From the NCBI GenBank assembly GCA_035999915.1, contig DASYGJ010000358.1, positions 6,050-30,049 of the forward strand: a DNA stretch of 24,000 nt. The letters run 5' to 3'. Positions 23,271 to 24,000 of this stretch are shown one piece after another. Position 1 is the stretch's first letter. Each line of letters begins with the position of its first letter. The stretch comes from Leifsonia sp. Its GTDB lineage: Bacteria; Actinomycetota; Actinomycetes; Actinomycetales; Microbacteriaceae. Position numbers and translations under genes: made by a program. The notes beneath the pieces were generated by a model, which was not told the DNA's origin, searched no databases, and worked only from the letters and a program-made list of their open reading frames with translations.

Positions 23271-23477
23271 TGTCAGGACATCCCTGACAGTTCTGAGTCA
23301 ATAGATCTCTGACACGTCGGCGAGGGATGAGCCGTGTTGAACCCGTTGATCCTCCGTCTTGCCATCGTCCAGTGGCCTCCGGATGCTCTGAGGGGAGCGG
23401 TAAGCACGTTCTGCGCCGAGCACCGGATCTCGCGCGGGACGTTTTACACGGTCCGGAAACGGGTGGACCGAGATGGC
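23271..23477 (+). mobile_element. Truncated left end of an insertion sequence (IS481/IS3-class HTH N-terminus only)
   Basis: Perfect inverted repeat TGTCAGG-acatc-CCTGACA (23271-23289), then SD GAGGGA (23322-23327) and GTG 23334. The ORF opens VLNPLILRLAIVQWPPDALRGAVSTFCAEHRISRGTFYTVRKRVDRDG, which resembles the ..SR.T.Y.W..R..-type HTH of IS481/IS3 transposases. No DDE catalytic domain follows. Confidence 0.45.
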
Positions 23478-23682
23478 CGGCTTCCCGCTCGCCGGCACGT
23501 ACCGAACACCCGAGGGTGTCACGAGCAACGTCATGGAACGGCTCGGCGAGTCGTGGTCGGACTGGACGGCGCACGACGACAAGTACGTGGTCGATGGAGA
23601 CGATGTCGTCGTGCTCGCGCGGTACACCGCCCACCATCGGATCACCGACAAGCACTTGGCCGTGCGCGACGCCAGTGCCTGA
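23473..23682 (+). pseudogene. Internal fragment of an NTF2/SnoaL-like protein
   Basis: FPLAGTYRTPEGVTSNVMERLGESWSDWTAHDDKYVVDGDDVVVLARYTAHHRITDKHL matches the central pattern of SnoaL-like proteins (pl.GtyrG.eev..ff.rl.......v....fvadGd.VvVl.r......G). About 35 N-terminal residues and the C-terminal strands are missing. Confidence 0.5.
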
Positions 23683-23709
23683 GCGAACCACGCACGCGGG
23701 AGGGCGGAT

Positions 23710-23733
23710 AGAGTTCGAATCCCACGCGCTCCG
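23710..23733 (+). repeat. tRNA 3'-end-like fragment, right copy of the 24-nt direct repeat (att-like)
   Basis: AGAGTTCGAATCCCACGCGCTCCG, 23 of 24 identical to 15881-15904. As with the left copy, no upstream tRNA arms are present. Confidence 0.6.
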
Positions 23734-23871
23734 CATGGTGAGTGTCGGTCTCGAGTGGAGGCAGATCGACCTTCCCGGCGCCCGCGAAGGTCGGTTTGCC
23801 GCAACTCGAGGACCTGCGAGGCTGGCGCGACAAAGGAGTTGACAAAGCGTCCTGGATGATCGATGATTCCG

Positions 23872-23883
23872 TGTATCGATACA
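23872..23883. promoter_or_regulatory. Perfect 12-bp palindrome TGTATCGATACA upstream of a partial ORF, candidate operator
   Basis: Read directly; ends 21 nt upstream of ATG 23905 in a locally AT-richer spacer. A TTGACA hexamer sits at 23839-23844, but I found no well-spaced -10. Confidence 0.3.
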
Positions 23884-23904
23884 AATCGCAGGGAGCGAAC
23901 GACG

Positions 23905-24000
23905 ATGTTGTCTACCGAAGCACAGAGGAAGGGCCACCTTACGGCTGCCCCGACCTCAGGAGCGCGCAGTCGACTCCCGCTCAACGACCCGGAATCCGCT
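23905..24000 (+). CDS. Partial ORF (first 32 codons), unknown function; runs off the right edge
   Basis: ATG 23905 preceded by GGGAG (23890-23894). Translation MLSTEAQRKGHLTAAPTSGARSRLPLNDPESA... is too short to classify. Confidence 0.3.
   Translation, partial: MLSTEAQRKGHLTAAPTSGARSRLPLNDPESA

Noticed and set aside
1-24000. Search for CRISPR arrays, rRNA, intact tRNA/tmRNA genes, and defence-system hallmarks such as restriction/modification, toxin-antitoxin pairs, or nuclease/helicase giants
   Set aside because: I saw no regularly spaced repeats, no rRNA-like conserved blocks and no complete cloverleaf. Every large ORF has a metabolic, transport or regulatory signature.

Overview
High-GC, densely coding segment that looks like actinobacterial chromosome (G+C judged by eye at about two thirds or more, not computed). 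I can support about 20 protein genes. I found no rRNA, no intact tRNA and no CRISPR array. From left to right:

- (i) 1-3578: a minus-strand operon of DUF3237, a family-5 solute-binding lipoprotein and an amidase (which runs off the left edge), with a divergent TetR.
- (ii) 3588-4269: a scar zone with two IS3-like transposase remnants bracketing a lower-GC orphan ORF.
- (iii) 4405-5343: an HSL-type alpha/beta-hydrolase.
- (iv) 5771-14060: a five-gene minus-strand operon. It encodes a long amidase, a 954-aa fusion of an APH-type kinase with a phospho-lyase-type class III PLP enzyme, an agmatine-deiminase-family enzyme, an SDR and an APC permease.
- (v) 14075-15620: abutting that operon, a divergent TetR co-transcribed with an AiiA-like MBL lactonase.
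- (vi) 15881-23733: a 7.8-kb block bounded by two 24-nt direct repeats that look like the 3' end of a tRNA. It carries an MBL hydrolase, a LysR regulator and a four-gene operon (tandem-duplicated family III CoA-transferase, crotonase, a thiolase-fold protein lacking the nucleophilic Cys, and a Cys-free DUF35 protein). Its right end is a mosaic of a truncated IS left end and an NTF2-like gene fragment.

The two best candidates for an undescribed system are:
1. The deiminase/amidase/kinase-phospho-lyase operon, a possible catabolic route for a guanidino- or ureido-substituted vicinal amino alcohol.
2. The CoA-transferase/hydratase/retro-aldolase-like module inside the att-like repeats.

All family calls come from reading motifs by eye. 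No database search or computation was run.
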